A DNA stretch of 64,000 nucleotides from Ignavibacteriota bacterium. Its GTDB lineage: Bacteria; Bacteroidota; Ignavibacteria; UBA10030. Within the stretch, counting starts at the first letter, position 1; each line of letters opens with the position of its first letter. The notes under the pieces were generated by a model that was not told the origin of the DNA, did no database searches, and saw only the letters and a program-made list of their open reading frames with translations. Below are positions 21,657 to 31,192 of the stretch, in pieces. The stretch lies in NCBI GenBank assembly GCA_963727825.1, contig CAVSHO010000001.1, positions 128,001-192,000 on the forward strand, in the 5' to 3' direction. A program made the translations under genes and the position numbers.

Positions 21657-23111
21657 CCCTGGAATGAAAATTACGAACCTGTTATTGGACTTGAAGTCCA
21701 TGCAGAATTATTAACCAAGTCGAAAGCATTCTGCAGTTGTTCGACAAAATTTGGAAGTGATCCGAACTCTAACGTTTGTCCGGTCTGCCTTGGTATGCCG
21801 GGAGTGCTTCCTGTTTTGAACAAAAACCTTGTTGAGTTCATTATGAGGATGGGTTTGGCGACAAACTGTACCATCGCGCCTAAATCTATCTTTGCCAGAA
21901 AAAATTATTTTTATCCGGATTTGCCAAAAGGTTATCAGATATCGCAGTATGAAGAACCGATATGTGCAAACGGTTGGCTGGATGTTGAACTGAAGGATGG
22001 AACGATAAGGCGAATCGGCATAACACGAATTCATATGGAAGAAGATGCTGGCAAATCGATTCACGATCAGGACACAGATACTCTTGTGGATGTGAACCGG
22101 TGCGGCGTTCCACTTATCGAGATCGTTAGTGAACCCGATATGCATACGCCGCATGAGGCATATCAGTATCTTTATATGATTCGCCAGATCGTTACATATC
22201 TTGGCATCTGTGATGGCAATATGGAAGAAGGAAGTCTTCGGTGCGATGCGAATGTTTCTGTCCGAAAAAAAGGCGAAACAAAATTAGGAACAAAACTTGA
22301 AGTAAAGAATTTGAATTCTTTTCGCTTTGTTGAGAAAGCGCTCGAATATGAAATCAATCGTCAAATAGAGGCACTTGAAAATGGAGAACAGATAATTCAA
22401 CAGACATTACTCTGGGATGCCGATAAAGGAGTTTGCGTTCCGATGCGCATGAAAGAGGAAGCACATGATTATCGCTACTTCCCCGATCCTGATTTAGTGC
22501 CCGTGCTGGTAAATCAAGAGTGGATAGATGATGTGAAAGCAAAGCTGCCGGAGCTCCCGATTGTTCGGCGCGATCGCTACATCAGAGAATTCAAATTACC
22601 AAAGTACGATGCCGATATTATTACCACAGAGCGCGAACTGGCGGACTATTTTGATGGGATCATTGAAAACCTAAAAAAGAAGGATGAAGAATCATACAAG
22701 ATCGCAAGCAATTGGACGATGGGAGACGTTTTGCGTGTAGTTAATGATCAGCATATTGCGGTTTCAGATTTCCCGATTACGCCGAAGAATCTCTCCGATA
22801 TGATCAATCTTATTATTGATAGCACTATCAGCGGCAAGATTGCCAAAGATATCTTTGAGGAAATGCTGAAAACAAAAGAATCGCCCAAAGCGATTGTCGA
22901 GAAGAAGGGCTTAGTGCAAGTAAGTGATGTTTCTGCAATCGAAAAAGTAATTGATGAAATTCTCGCGAACAACCAGGGACAGGTTGAGCAATATAAAAGT
23001 GGGAAGCAGCAGGTCTTCGGTTTCTTTGTTGGACAAACAATGAAGGCAATGAAGGGGAAAGCAAATCCGAAAGTGGTAAATGAGGTGTTACAGCGGAAGC
23101 TGAGTCTATGA
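21654..23111 (+). CDS. gatB: Asp-tRNA(Asn)/Glu-tRNA(Gln) amidotransferase subunit B
   Basis: [35 protein letters not shown] and YRYFPDPDL motifs. Confidence 0.97.
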   Translation: MPWNENYEPVIGLEVHAELLTKSKAFCSCSTKFGSDPNSNVCPVCLGMPGVLPVLNKNLVEFIMRMGLATNCTIAPKSIFARKNYFYPDLPKGYQISQYEEPICANGWLDVELKDGTIRRIGITRIHMEEDAGKSIHDQDTDTLVDVNRCGVPLIEIVSEPDMHTPHEAYQYLYMIRQIVTYLGICDGNMEEGSLRCDANVSVRKKGETKLGTKLEVKNLNSFRFVEKALEYEINRQIEALENGEQIIQQTLLWDADKGVCVPMRMKEEAHDYRYFPDPDLVPVLVNQEWIDDVKAKLPELPIVRRDRYIREFKLPKYDADIITTERELADYFDGIIENLKKKDEESYKIASNWTMGDVLRVVNDQHIAVSDFPITPKNLSDMINLIIDSTISGKIAKDIFEEMLKTKESPKAIVEKKGLVQVSDVSAIEKVIDEILANNQGQVEQYKSGKQQVFGFFVGQTMKAMKGKANPKVVNEVLQRKLSL

Positions 23112-23148
23112 GTCGTTGAGTTTTTGAGTCATTGAGTTGTTGAGGTAA
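23101..23148 (+). repeat. 8-nt periodic array (TGAGTnnn x6), left of the four-helix-bundle gene
   Basis: TGAGTCTA TGAGTCGT TGAGTTTT TGAGTCAT TGAGTTGT TGAGGTAA; contains the gatB stop. Confidence 0.9.
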
Positions 23149-23170
23149 GATATTAAAGTGAATAGATAGA

Positions 23171-23524
23171 ATGAATCGGTTTAAGAATTTAAGAGTTTAT
23201 GAGAAAGCACTTGACTATTCATTTGCTGTTCGTCAATGTGTAAGGAAATTTCCGAAGGAAGAAATGTTTGGATTAATCTCTCAATGGCGAAGAGCAGCAG
23301 ACTCAATTGTTTTAAATATTGCAGAAGGCGCAGGAAATTCATCAAAATTGGAATATGCCAGGTTCTTGGATATTGCTATTCGTTCCGGGTTTGAATGTTT
23401 AGCTTGTTTAGATATCGCGATTCGGAGTAAATATGTAGATAAAATAAATTATGACGAACTCTCTTCTCAGACAAATGAAATTATTGCCATGCTGGATGGA
23501 TTGAAAAAAGCAATCAAGAAATAA
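23171..23524 (+). CDS. Four-helix-bundle protein (23S rRNA IVP / TIGR02436-like family)
   Basis: FKNLRVYEKA, FPKEEMFGLISQ.RRAA.S..LNIAEG and FLDIAIRS..E motifs. Confidence 0.93.
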   Translation: MNRFKNLRVYEKALDYSFAVRQCVRKFPKEEMFGLISQWRRAADSIVLNIAEGAGNSSKLEYARFLDIAIRSGFECLACLDIAIRSKYVDKINYDELSSQTNEIIAMLDGLKKAIKK

Positions 23525-23561
23525 TACTCATAGACTCAACGACTAATTACTCAAAGACATA
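23523..23561 (-). repeat. Inverted 8-nt periodic array, right of the four-helix-bundle gene
   Basis: AATACTCA TAGACTCA ACGACTAA TTACTCA AAGACATA, the reverse complement of TGAGT units. Confidence 0.85.
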
Positions 23562-23576
23562 AATAAAGGATTAACA

Positions 23577-24335
23577 ATGCGAAACAAAGTAATTGCAGGT
23601 AACTGGAAAATGTACAAAGATCTAAATGAATCAACAGAACTTTTAAACGGTCTTAAAACGAAACTTACTGTGCTGCCAAACGGTGTGAAGGCGATTGTGT
23701 GCCCGCCTTATGTCTCGCTTGCATTTGCGCAAAAATTGCTCGAAGGCAGTCCAATCGCGCTCGGTGCACAGAATATGTATCACGAGGATGAAGGCGCTTT
23801 CACGGGTGAAGTCTCGCCGAAAATGTTGAAATCTGCCGGATGCCAATATGTAATCATCGGACATTCAGAGAGACGGCAGTATTTCAAAGAGACGAATGAA
23901 TTTATCAACAAGAAAGCCAAGAAAGCTCTTGCCTCCGGATTGATTCCAATAATTTGCGTGGGCGAAACATTGGATGAACGCGAAAAGAATATTACCGATC
24001 AGATTGTAAGCGTGCAGGTGAAAGGATGTTTGAAAGATATTCCGGCCGCTGATGTCGAGAAGCTGATCATCGCATACGAGCCGGTGTGGGCAATTGGTAC
24101 CGGTAAAGTCGCAACTCCGCAGCAAGCGCAGGAAGTGCACCAGCTTATTCGCAAACTCATCGGGCAAATATATAGCTGGGCAACTGCCGAGAAAGTTATT
24201 CTTCAATACGGCGGCAGCGTGAAACCGGAAAACGCAAAAGAATTGTTGCATCAACCAGACATCGACGGCGCACTTGTCGGCGGTGCTTGCCTAAAAGCAG
24301 ATTCGTTTGCAGCGATTGTGCAGGCAGCAGTTTAA
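23577..24335 (+). CDS. tpiA: Triosephosphate isomerase
   Basis: AGNWKM, GHSERR, AYEPVWAIGTG and YGGSV motifs. Confidence 0.97.
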   Translation: MRNKVIAGNWKMYKDLNESTELLNGLKTKLTVLPNGVKAIVCPPYVSLAFAQKLLEGSPIALGAQNMYHEDEGAFTGEVSPKMLKSAGCQYVIIGHSERRQYFKETNEFINKKAKKALASGLIPIICVGETLDEREKNITDQIVSVQVKGCLKDIPAADVEKLIIAYEPVWAIGTGKVATPQQAQEVHQLIRKLIGQIYSWATAEKVILQYGGSVKPENAKELLHQPDIDGALVGGACLKADSFAAIVQAAV

Positions 24336-24363
24336 TCTTTCGTTTTACGTAATAGTACTAAAT

Positions 24364-24400
24364 GGCAACTTTCATAGCAGGGGAGTTGCCTTTTGTTTTT
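24364..24400 (+). terminator. Rho-independent terminator after tpiA
   Basis: GGCAACT...AGTTGCC stem followed by TTTTGTTTTT. Confidence 0.7.
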
Positions 24401-24460
24401 CTCTACTAATCAGTAAATTGAATTATAAACAACCTATAACACATCTCGTGAGGTGCCGCT

Positions 24461-27400
24461 ATGACACGCCGCTTCGTTCTGTTTTTTTCATGTTTGCTAT
24501 TTATTCTCTACAGCATGTTCGCGCAGGAGTCGCGTTTACTCCGGTTTCCTGCTATCCATGGAAATCAAATTGTATTTACCTACGCCGGTGATCTCTACGC
24601 GGTCGCGGCAACAGGAGGTGTTGCCCGTAAATTGACAAACGATGTCGGTTTTGAAATGTTTGCTCATTTTTCGCCCGATGGAAAACAAATCGCTTTTACA
24701 GGTCAATACGACGGGAACACTGAAGTGTATCTCATGCCAGCAGAAGGTGGAGTGCCGAAACGACTAACATTTACCGCGACACTCGGCCGCGATGATGTTT
24801 CCGATCGTATGGGACCAAACAATATTGTCATGGGCTGGAAAGATGATAAACACGTTGTCTTTCGTTCGCGGTGGACCGAGTTTAATGATTTTAAAGGACA
24901 ATTGTACCTCGCATCGGTCGAGGGAGGAATTCCTGAACAACTCCCGCTGCCGCGCGGCGGATTTTGTTCCTACTCTCCCGATGGAAAAAAACTTGCCTAC
25001 AACCGGGTGTTCCGTGAATTCAGAACGTGGAAGCGATATCGCGGCGGTCAGGCCGACGATATCTGGATCTATGATTTTGAAACCAAACAGACGATCAACA
25101 TCACCAATAATCCTGCACAGGATATTTTCCCGATGTGGAGCGGGAATATGATATATTTTATTTCTGATCGCGACGAGAACAAGAGGATGAACCTTTACTC
25201 GTACGATTTGAATACGAAGGAGACAAAGAAGCTTACAGATTTCACAGAGTATGATGTCAAGTTTCCGTCGCTCGGCGATCATGCGATCGTATTCGAAAAT
25301 GGCGGCTTCATCTATACATATGATTTCGCAAGCGGAAAAACAGAAAAGGTCACGATCTCCATTAATGATGATTTCGACGGTGGCCGCGGCGGATTGGTGG
25401 ATGTAAGTAAGAATATTACAAATTACGAAATTGCTCCCGACGGCAGCCGGGCATTATTCGGTGCACGGGGCGATATCTTTACCGTACCAGTGAAGTACGG
25501 CAACGTCCGCAATTTGACGAAAACCCCTGGCGTCCATGAGCGTAATTCCAAATGGTCGCCGGATGGTAAATCGATTGCGTACATCTCCGATGCAAGTGGA
25601 GAAGATGAGATTTATGTGATGCCGCAAGACGGAAACGGAACACCGACCCAGATTACTACAAAAGGCGATGTCTATAAATATTACCTTCTCTGGTCTCCGG
25701 ATTCGAAAAAAATACTGTGGGCGGATAAGCAGCAGAGGCTGCAATATATTGATCTTGAGTCGAAGAAAGTGACGCTGATAATGCAGTCGAGGGTGTGGGA
25801 GTTCACTGATTATGCGTGGTCGCCCGACAGCAAGTGGATTGCATTCGCAAAGCCGGAAGAAGAAGTCATGACGAAACTTTGTTTGTATTCCCTAGAAACT
25901 CAGCAAGTGATCGAAGTAACGGATGGTTGGTTCTCATCCTATGAACCCGCATTCAGCTCGGATGGAAAGTACATCTTTTTTGTATCCAACCGGACATTTA
26001 ACCCATCATACAGTCAAACAGAATGGAATCACGCCTACTTCGATATGGCGAAGATATATTTGCTGACGCTGTCGAAGGAGACAAAATCGCCATTCGAGCC
26101 GAAGAGCGATGAAGTGAAGATGCGGGAAGATAAGTCCGGGAAGTCGGAAGAAAAATCCGACAAAAAGAAGGATGAGAAAAAAGAAGTAGTTGTAAAAGTA
26201 GATGTAGATGGAATTCAGGGGCGCGTAACTGTGCTGCCTATTATCGGTTCGCGCTATCAGAATATCCAATCGGTGGAAGAAAAAGTTTATTATATCAGGC
26301 ACGGTATAAAAGATGAGAAATCAAAATTGTTCCTTTATGACTTGGACAAGCAAAAGGAAACCGAACTTGGCGATATAAATGGGTTTGAAATTTCAGCCGA
26401 CGGAAAAAAGATGCTTGTGGGACAGGAAAAATCTTACGCGATTATCGATCTCCCGACAGCGAAGTTAGAGATCAAGGAAAAACTGGACCTTTCCGACATG
26501 AAGGTAAAACTTGATCATCATGCGGAATGGATGCAAATCTATAACGAGTGCTGGCGGCAAATGCGTGATTTCTTCTTTGCCCCAAATATGAATGGCGTCG
26601 ATTGGGCAGGTATAAAAAAGAAATACGAAGTGCTGGTACCGTTTGTTAATCATCGGGCCGATCTTACATATATTATAGGTGAAATGATTGGTGAACTAAA
26701 TTCTGGACACACATATGTTGGTGGCGGGGATATGCCGAAAGCAGAACGCATCCAAACCGGATTGCTAGGCGCAAAAATTGAACGTGATGCGAAATCGGGT
26801 TACTACCGTATCGTTAAAATTTTGAAAGGCCAGAACTGGGATCAACAAGTTCGCTCGCCGTTGACAGAAATCGGCGTGAGCGCAAAAGAAGGCGACTATA
26901 TACTCGCCGTGGATGGCAAGCCGACAAACCAGATGACGGACATATATGAATCACTTGTCAATACCGTCGGGAAACAGGTGAAGTTGAAACTTAATACCGA
27001 ACCTAAAGACGCTGGCGCTCATGAGACAACCGTTATTCCAACTGGGAATGAACAACCGCTCTATTATTACAACTGGGTTCAGACGAACATCGAAAAAGTT
27101 TCCAAGGCAACGGACGGCAAAATAGGATATGTTCATGTGCCGGATATGGGAGTGCCGGGTCTCAATGAATTTGTGAAGTACTATTATCCACAGCTCCGTA
27201 AAGAAGGTCTCATTATTGATTGCCGCGGGAACGGCGGTGGTAATGTATCGCCGCAAATCATCGAACGGTTGCAGCGTAACATCGCTATGATTGATATTGC
27301 ACGCAACGGCTCTCCTGAGATCGATCCGGACGGAACAGTGCTCGGTCCGAAAGTTTTACTAATCGATGAATTCTCCGCATCCGATGGCGATATTGTTAGT

Positions 27401-27724
27401 TATCGCTTCCGGCAAGCAAAGCTGGGAAAGATAATCGGGAAACGCTCGTGGGGCGGTGTGGTGGGAATACGAGGGACGTTGCCGCTGCTCGACGGTGGGT
27501 TTATAAATAAACCGGAGTTCTCTCGTTACGATATCGAAGGCAAGGAATGGATTATGGAGGGTCACGGCGTCGATCCTGATATTGTCGTTGACAACGATCC
27601 CGCAAAGGAATTTGCGGGCGAAGATGAGCAACTAAACCGTGCCATTCAGCAGGCTCTGGATGAAATGAAGACGAAGCCGGCAAAACTCGCGCCGCCGCCG
27701 CCATATCCAGATAAGAGCAAATGA
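24461..27724 (+). CDS. Tricorn protease homolog (S41B), secreted
   Basis: Signal peptide, WD40/PD40 SPDG repeats, PDZ, RGNGGG, SASDGD catalytic Ser and WGGVVG. Confidence 0.93.
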   Translation: MTRRFVLFFSCLLFILYSMFAQESRLLRFPAIHGNQIVFTYAGDLYAVAATGGVARKLTNDVGFEMFAHFSPDGKQIAFTGQYDGNTEVYLMPAEGGVPKRLTFTATLGRDDVSDRMGPNNIVMGWKDDKHVVFRSRWTEFNDFKGQLYLASVEGGIPEQLPLPRGGFCSYSPDGKKLAYNRVFREFRTWKRYRGGQADDIWIYDFETKQTINITNNPAQDIFPMWSGNMIYFISDRDENKRMNLYSYDLNTKETKKLTDFTEYDVKFPSLGDHAIVFENGGFIYTYDFASGKTEKVTISINDDFDGGRGGLVDVSKNITNYEIAPDGSRALFGARGDIFTVPVKYGNVRNLTKTPGVHERNSKWSPDGKSIAYISDASGEDEIYVMPQDGNGTPTQITTKGDVYKYYLLWSPDSKKILWADKQQRLQYIDLESKKVTLIMQSRVWEFTDYAWSPDSKWIAFAKPEEEVMTKLCLYSLETQQVIEVTDGWFSSYEPAFSSDGKYIFFVSNRTFNPSYSQTEWNHAYFDMAKIYLLTLSKETKSPFEPKSDEVKMREDKSGKSEEKSDKKKDEKKEVVVKVDVDGIQGRVTVLPIIGSRYQNIQSVEEKVYYIRHGIKDEKSKLFLYDLDKQKETELGDINGFEISADGKKMLVGQEKSYAIIDLPTAKLEIKEKLDLSDMKVKLDHHAEWMQIYNECWRQMRDFFFAPNMNGVDWAGIKKKYEVLVPFVNHRADLTYIIGEMIGELNSGHTYVGGGDMPKAERIQTGLLGAKIERDAKSGYYRIVKILKGQNWDQQVRSPLTEIGVSAKEGDYILAVDGKPTNQMTDIYESLVNTVGKQVKLKLNTEPKDAGAHETTVIPTGNEQPLYYYNWVQTNIEKVSKATDGKIGYVHVPDMGVPGLNEFVKYYYPQLRKEGLIIDCRGNGGGNVSPQIIERLQRNIAMIDIARNGSPEIDPDGTVLGPKVLLIDEFSASDGDIVSYRFRQAKLGKIIGKRSWGGVVGIRGTLPLLDGGFINKPEFSRYDIEGKEWIMEGHGVDPDIVVDNDPAKEFAGEDEQLNRAIQQALDEMKTKPAKLAPPPPYPDKSK

Positions 27725-27740
27725 CAATTTTTAAAATTTT

Positions 27741-27785
27741 GAGGTCTATCCGAACAGCAGGTAGATAAACCTCGAGGATTTTTTT
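27741..27785 (+). terminator. Hairpin plus T-tract after the tricorn gene
   Basis: GAGGTCTATC/GATAAACCTC 9/10 stem followed by a T run. Confidence 0.45.
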
Positions 27786-27832
27786 GTGATAAATCTGTCT
27801 CCAGTAAGCAAATGAATGGAACTTTTCGTATA

Positions 27833-27861
27833 TTTCGACTGTTTTACTGATATAGTCGAAA
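27833..27861. promoter_or_regulatory. Candidate TetR operator
   Basis: TTTCGACT-N13-AGTCGAAA palindrome just upstream of the probable GTG start (27870) of the TetR-efflux operon. Confidence 0.5.
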
Positions 27862-27869
27862 GGACGAAT

Positions 27870-28490
27870 GTGGACGAAAAGCTTACGAGGGACAAAGAAG
27901 AACTTATTTTACAGGCTGCACAGCACCGCTTTGCTCTCTACGGTTATACGAAAGCAACGATGGACGAGATTGCCGAAGATATTGGTATGGCAAAGGCTTC
28001 TCTCTATTATTACTTCCCGACAAAAGAAACAATCTTCCGCTCTGTTGTTCAGCACGAACAGGCAGAATTTCTTTCCCATATACAAACGGTGATAGAAGAT
28101 AAATTTTTAGCCAGTCAAAAATTTTTAGAATACATCCGGCTTCGGGTCAAATTGACTGAGCAGTTAAATAATCTCAGTCCCATGCATCAACAAGGGTGGA
28201 ACGAAGTGCGGCCGATTTTTAAAGATATCTTTGCGGATTTTATCCAGCAGGAACTTCGCCGGATCACACAAATATTGCAAGAGGGAAAGAAGAATAATGA
28301 ATTTCAACTCGATCATCCGCAAAAAATTGCATTGATGATTCTGCATATACTTCAAGGACTGCATCTGAGGTTTTTCCGCGGATATGAGCATCAAGCAATC
28401 AATGATACTGATCGTCTGACCTATGAACACGACACACTTCTTTTTGCCGAGACCATACTACAGGGTCTTTGCAGGAAGTCAAAACATTAA
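27870..28490 (+). CDS. TetR/AcrR-family regulator
   Basis: ILQAA..F...GY..ATMDEIA..IGMAKASLYYYFPTKE HTH. Confidence 0.92.
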   Translation: MDEKLTRDKEELILQAAQHRFALYGYTKATMDEIAEDIGMAKASLYYYFPTKETIFRSVVQHEQAEFLSHIQTVIEDKFLASQKFLEYIRLRVKLTEQLNNLSPMHQQGWNEVRPIFKDIFADFIQQELRRITQILQEGKKNNEFQLDHPQKIALMILHILQGLHLRFFRGYEHQAINDTDRLTYEHDTLLFAETILQGLCRKSKH

Positions 28491-28512
28491 TTCAATATAA
28501 GGATATTCTTTC

Positions 28513-29526
28513 ATGCCACAACAAAACGACAAATCCCAAAAACAAAAGCCTCAATTATCCGATCAACGTGAAATCAATACCGCGAACGGAAACGATGCAA
28601 CGCCAATTGAATCGGTACCGCTTTATAGAAACGTGAAAGTTGTTATCCCGCTTTTTCTTGTCGTGCTGGCGATCGCCATTTTTGCATGGCAGTACTATAT
28701 TAAACTGCGCGATTTTGTCTCGACGGACGATGCATACATCGACGCCGATAGAGTCTCTGTTAGCACAAAAATATTAGGTAGGATAAATCAACTGACAGCC
28801 GACGAAGGAGACTCGGTTCGGCAAGGACAAATTCTAGTAAGGCTGGATGACAGCGATTTGCGTGCACAGGAAGCGCAAGCGAAAGCTTCACTCGCATTTG
28901 CCAGTGAAAACATATCGCTTGCAAAAGTCAATCTAGAAAAAGCACAGACAGATTTTCAACGGGCAGCGTCTCAGTTTAACCAGAATATTATCCCTAAAGA
29001 ACAATACGACCATGCACAAAGCGAATTTGAATCTACCAAAGCGAGGCTCAATATTGCCAATGCGCAGACAGTCGCCGCACAGGCACAGCTTGGTGTGATA
29101 CAAACACAATTGACGAATACCGTCATCGAATCGCCGATGACAGGTGTTGTTTCGAAGCGCTGGGTTCTAACAGGCGACGTTGTGCAACCCGGTCAAGCTA
29201 TTTTCACGATCTATAATGTAAAAGACATCTGGGTGACGGCAAATTTGGAAGAGACAAGTCTGTCTAATTTACGTCTTGGCGACAAAGTGGATATTAGCGT
29301 AGACACCTATCCAAAAATAAAATTTATCGGCACTATTCTTCGCCTCGGTTCCAATACTGCATCGCAGTTTTCTTTAATTCCCCCTAATAATGCATCCGGG
29401 AATTTTACAAAGGTCACCCAGCGTGTACCGATAAAAATATCGGTCGAACAGGCTGACAGCATCCATCTTCAACATGTAAATTTATTGCCAGGCATGTCCG
29501 TTGAAGTCAAAGTGAAAGTTCGTTGA
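28513..29526 (+). CDS. EmrA/HlyD-family membrane fusion protein
   Basis: STDDAY and FSLIPPNNASGNFTKVTQRVP motifs. Confidence 0.93.
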   Translation: MPQQNDKSQKQKPQLSDQREINTANGNDATPIESVPLYRNVKVVIPLFLVVLAIAIFAWQYYIKLRDFVSTDDAYIDADRVSVSTKILGRINQLTADEGDSVRQGQILVRLDDSDLRAQEAQAKASLAFASENISLAKVNLEKAQTDFQRAASQFNQNIIPKEQYDHAQSEFESTKARLNIANAQTVAAQAQLGVIQTQLTNTVIESPMTGVVSKRWVLTGDVVQPGQAIFTIYNVKDIWVTANLEETSLSNLRLGDKVDISVDTYPKIKFIGTILRLGSNTASQFSLIPPNNASGNFTKVTQRVPIKISVEQADSIHLQHVNLLPGMSVEVKVKVR

Positions 29527-31148
29527 CCATGTTTGGAGGAATAACAAATCGTTTGAAACGAGGATTTACTAATCGTGTGCCTTCGCTTCATCATGAACAC
29601 GACTCGTACCGCTGGTGGGTTTTGGCGAACGTGATGATCGGAACATTTATGGCAGTGCTTGATGCCACGATCGTAGATGTTTCCTTGTCGAAAATTATGG
29701 CGTCATTCGGAATTACTGTCGATAAAGCCGAATGGGTGATCACCGCATACATGCTGGTCTTTGCAGTTATGCTCCCGACATCCGGATGGATAGCAGATCA
29801 CTTCGGATACAAGAGAACATATTTTTTAGCATTGTCATTATTTACCTTAGGATCATTTCTCTGCGGGCAAGCCTGGAATGAAAATATGCTTATCCTATTC
29901 CGAATTGTTCAGGCAAGCGGTGCGGGATTGCTGATGCCGACCGGGATGGCTATTGTAACACGTGAGTTTCCGGCGCGGCAGCGCGGACTTGCACTCGGAT
30001 TCTGGGCCATTGCAGCGGCGGCATCCGTATCACTCGGCCCGATGATAGGCGGATATCTTATAGATAATATCAATTGGAATGCAATCTTTAATGTAAACGT
30101 ACCGGTTGGCATAGTGGGTTTATTTGCAACGATGGTCATTCAGCGTGAATATAAAACAGAACGTACAAGATCGTTTGACGTGATTGGATTCGTATCGATG
30201 GCGACGTTTCTCTGTGCGCTTCTACTGGCACTAACGGATGGTAATGCTTCTTGGAATACCGGCGGATGGACGTCGCCGTTTATCATTTCGTGTTTTATCA
30301 TATCAGGGTGTGCGTTTATCGTATTTTTGGTGACGGAGCTTACTATTGAACATCCGCTCATCGACCTGAGTCTGCTCAAGGATTTTAATTTTAGCATGGC
30401 AAACGGTGTTCTCTTTATTTTCGGATTTGGGATGTTTGGCAGCACATTTTTGCTTCCATTGTATCTTCAATTGTCGATGGGATATACAGCATTTCAAGCA
30501 GGCTCGCTATTTTTACCCGTCGGCATTCTTCAAGCAATCACAGCTCCTATTTCCGGATTTCTATCTGATAAGGTAAATCCAAAAATTCCTGCTGTCATCG
30601 GTATTACATTATTGGCATTCAGCCTTTTCATCAACAGTTCATTGTCAATGTATTCGGAGCATCATCAGATTATGCTTGCATTGTATATCCGCGGGTTTGC
30701 TATGGGATTGATGTTCACACCTTTATCAATGACAGCGCTTTCGAATATTCCGCGTCACAAAATCGGCCAGGCATCCGGGTTGTTTAATGTTATCCGACAA
30801 TTAGGTGGGAGCTTCGGCATTGCATTTATGAGCACAATGCTGCTGCGCCGTACCATTTATCATACTGCAACATACGGCCAGGTTGTGAGTCAGCAATCGG
30901 ATACATTTCGTCAGGTTGCACAGCATTTGACGCGTTTTAGTATGAATGCAATTGGAGGAAATCAATCTCTTGCGGCAATGCGTGCGAACGCTCTAATTGC
31001 GTCGCACATTTCTACCCAGGCGTTTATCAGTGCTGTGTGCGACGACTTTTTAGTGGCATCAATAATCACTATTGCCGCGCTTGTTCCCATTTTATTCCTT
31101 CGTGTACGAAAGCGAAATAAATCTGAACATGTATCGGTCATGGAATAA
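29523..31148 (+). CDS. DHA2/EmrB-family MFS efflux permease
   Basis: GTFMAVLDATIV, WVITAY, FNVNVPVG motifs; about 14 TMs. Confidence 0.93.
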   Translation: MTMFGGITNRLKRGFTNRVPSLHHEHDSYRWWVLANVMIGTFMAVLDATIVDVSLSKIMASFGITVDKAEWVITAYMLVFAVMLPTSGWIADHFGYKRTYFLALSLFTLGSFLCGQAWNENMLILFRIVQASGAGLLMPTGMAIVTREFPARQRGLALGFWAIAAAASVSLGPMIGGYLIDNINWNAIFNVNVPVGIVGLFATMVIQREYKTERTRSFDVIGFVSMATFLCALLLALTDGNASWNTGGWTSPFIISCFIISGCAFIVFLVTELTIEHPLIDLSLLKDFNFSMANGVLFIFGFGMFGSTFLLPLYLQLSMGYTAFQAGSLFLPVGILQAITAPISGFLSDKVNPKIPAVIGITLLAFSLFINSSLSMYSEHHQIMLALYIRGFAMGLMFTPLSMTALSNIPRHKIGQASGLFNVIRQLGGSFGIAFMSTMLLRRTIYHTATYGQVVSQQSDTFRQVAQHLTRFSMNAIGGNQSLAAMRANALIASHISTQAFISAVCDDFLVASIITIAALVPILFLRVRKRNKSEHVSVME

Positions 31149-31192
31149 AAATATTTAATGGTACAGATAGAGTCATACAAGGACTGAGAAAT

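Noticed and set aside
23171-23524. Diversity-generating retroelement (four-helix bundle as Avd)
   Set aside because: No reverse transcriptase and no TR/VR repeat pair with A-specific mismatches seen in the window.
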